This document shows positions 30,720 through 32,000 of a stretch of 32,000 nucleotides of DNA, one piece after another. Source of the DNA: Candidatus Gagatemarchaeum stordalenia (lineage in GTDB: Archaea > Thermoproteota > Nitrososphaeria > Nitrososphaerales > Gagatemarchaeaceae); the NCBI GenBank assembly GCA_003164815.1, contig PLUF01000050.1:1-32000 (forward strand), written 5' to 3'. The stretch's first letter is position 1; each line of letters begins with the position of its first letter. The notes under the pieces were generated by a model. The model saw nothing but the letters and a program-made list of their open reading frames with translations. It ran no database searches and was not told the origin of the DNA. The position numbers and the translations under genes are program-made.

Positions 30720-30848
30720 TCAGAGGCGAAGCTCGAGCCCGGGCATCCTCTTGAAGTGGTCAGCCCTTGTGACGAGCGATTCGTTGTTCCTCAAGGCGAC
30801 CGCCGCTATCAGCAGGCCGAACTCCCCTGCCGTCTTCCCCCCGGCGCG
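30720..30848 (-). pseudogene. C-terminal remnant of a PIN-domain (VapC-like) toxin gene
   Basis: A 42-codon open segment with no start codon: RAGGKTAGEFGLLIAAVALRNNESLVTRADHFKRMPGLELRL. It matches the PIN C-terminal pattern (G....D.LIAA.AL.....LVT.N..F.r.PGL.l), but the acidic residue before LIAA is lost. It is bounded upstream by TAG. Confidence 0.45.
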
Positions 30849-30966
30849 CTAAACCCAGGGTCGAGGCGCATCAGTTCTCGACAGAAGCGCTGAGGATTTA
30901 ACAGGGCCTCGTGGCCACACGTAGCAGGTTCGATGTTGCTCATCTGCGAGCCGCGGGACAGACACA

Positions 30967-32000
30967 ATGGCTAGACGCGGAGATGATGAGGGGGAGAGAC
31001 GGCTCGACCCCCTCCTTTGCTGGGCCGTCGTCTTCGCCGACATAGGGACCTCGGTCTACTACGTCCCCGGCATACTCTATGGAAACGTCGGGAGTCTGGC
31101 GGGCTTCTTCGTCTTCATGACAACGTCGGTCTTCGTCCTCCTCGCGCTGAAGTACGCGGAGGTTGTACATCGGTTCCCTCAGGGTGGCGGGGTGGTCACG
31201 GTGGCGGCCCAGGCGATGAATCACTGGGTCGGCGCCCTGGGGGGCATGTTCATCCTCGTCGACTACTCTCTCACCGCCGCGATCAGCTGTCTTTCGGGGA
31301 TGCTCTACTTCAGCGTCGTCGTTCCGGCGCTCGAGCCTTTTGCCCTCATGGCTACCATCGGGACCCTCGTACTGCTGGGTGTCCTCAATTGGCTCGGCGT
31401 CAGCGCGAGCGCAAAGGTGAGTCTGGCGGCGGCTTCCGTCGCGTTCCTCAGCGACGTAGCTCTCCTGCTCACGGTCTTTTCGCACCTCTCCCTCTCTCAG
31501 TTCCTCTCCCTCTTTCCCAGGATGTTCGCGGGCCATGCGCTCACGCCCGTCACCATCCTCATCGGCTTCGCCGGCTCTTTCCTCGCCTTCTCGGGCCTGG
31601 AGAGCATCTCCCAGCTCTCTCCCGTGATGAAGACCCCTAGGAGGAGAGTCGGTGGGATCGCTCTCGCCCTCGTCGTGGTCACCATAGGCCTGACCAGCCC
31701 CCTGCTGACGATGTTCTCTACGCTCCTGCTCCCGGGGAATGTTGTCGGAGACCCCGTCCTGTCCTCGCAGCTGGTCTCGCTCCTCGGAGGGCAATCGGGA
31801 GGCATGGTCCTCCAGACCGAGGTGGCGCTCAGCGCCAGCGCGCTGCTCGTCTTCGCCGCCAATACGGCCATCATCGGGGCGTACTACGTGTTCATGGCCC
31901 TCGCGCGGATGCAGTTCTTCCCCGCGATTCTCCTGCAGAGGAACAAGCGGCGGGGTACGCCCCACTACTCCATTCTTCTGGCAACGGCCATACCCGTCAT
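30967..32000 (+). CDS. APC-superfamily amino acid/polyamine permease, 3'-truncated by the window edge
   Basis: It is not in the ORF track because no stop lies inside the window. ATG 30967 gives MARRGDDEGERRLDPLLCWAVVFADIGTSVYYVPGILYG...KYAEVVHRFPQGGGVVTVA...LVDYSLTAAIS...FSGLESISQLSPVMKTPRRR..., with multiple TM helices and open to nt 32000. Confidence 0.8.
   Translation, partial: MARRGDDEGERRLDPLLCWAVVFADIGTSVYYVPGILYGNVGSLAGFFVFMTTSVFVLLALKYAEVVHRFPQGGGVVTVAAQAMNHWVGALGGMFILVDYSLTAAISCLSGMLYFSVVVPALEPFALMATIGTLVLLGVLNWLGVSASAKVSLAAASVAFLSDVALLLTVFSHLSLSQFLSLFPRMFAGHALTPVTILIGFAGSFLAFSGLESISQLSPVMKTPRRRVGGIALALVVVTIGLTSPLLTMFSTLLLPGNVVGDPVLSSQLVSLLGGQSGGMVLQTEVALSASALLVFAANTAIIGAYYVFMALARMQFFPAILLQRNKRRGTPHYSILLATAIPV

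Noticed and set aside
30940-31965. A 341-aa minus-strand ORF and a 207-aa plus-strand ORF (31017-31640) in the last kilobase.
   Set aside because: The untracked plus-strand frame from ATG 30967 encodes an obvious multi-TM APC-type permease. The tracked ORFs are antisense or off-frame artefacts with charged low-complexity translations.
1-32000. CRISPR arrays, rRNA genes, transposase/integrase genes and long tandem or terminal inverted repeats.
   Set aside because: Reading both strands, I found no regularly spaced direct repeats, no rRNA-like segments and no transposase or integrase motifs. The only repeat-like DNA is low-complexity coding sequence (the RGG, Pro/Ala and Ser/Thr tracts) and the short regulatory palindromes reported above. 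An exhaustive repeat search needs computation that I could not run.

Overview
This is a visibly GC-rich archaeal chromosomal segment. The archaeal call rests on aIF-1A, TrmB-type regulators, a LAGLIDADG endonuclease, and A/T-rich TATA-like boxes about 25-30 nt upstream of many start codons, which suggests mostly leaderless mRNAs. No composition statistics were computed; all composition statements are by eye. I support about 47 protein-coding features, one tRNA-Gly(CCC), one decayed PIN-toxin fragment and several candidate regulatory repeats.

Layout:
- 130-2002: DEAD-box helicase, an untracked 59-codon zinc-ribbon ORF, and aIF-1A.
- 2015-4324: a minus-strand preQ0-type cluster (COG1469-type GTP cyclohydrolase, QueC, QueD fusion).
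- 4356-5260: tRNA-Gly directly abutted by a low-GC islet carrying a LAGLIDADG endonuclease gene.
- 5388-8488: stress and redox genes (USP, Bcp peroxiredoxin) and small unknowns.
- 8981-10958: a tightly coupled TrmB-headed operon of unknown function, followed by a second low-GC gene at 8485-8988.
- 11026-17212: mixed membrane, enzyme and hypothetical genes, including an internally duplicated HExxH protein.
- 17242-19458: a two-gene activator ATPase plus single-subunit 2-hydroxyacyl-CoA-dehydratase-family pair (double-cubane-cluster-protein-like), preceded by an array of GTTCGGGA/TCCCGAAC sites.
- 21409-26866: a dense sulfur (or selenium) trafficking locus with XdhC, TusA, a YjeF_C-like kinase-fold protein, a DUF3343 fusion, DsrE/DsrH/DsrF-like proteins and a second XdhC Rossmann-only paralogue.
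- 26967-28319: a two-domain KaiC-like ATPase.
- 29667-30620: a surface protein gene interrupted by an in-frame TAG.
- 30720-30848: a PIN remnant.
- 30967 to the window end: a 5'-partial APC-family permease that is absent from the ORF track.

The sulfur-relay locus, the DCCP-like pair with its operator array, the TrmB operon and the duplicated HExxH protein are the best candidates for undescribed biology. All functional calls come from motif recognition by eye, not from searches.
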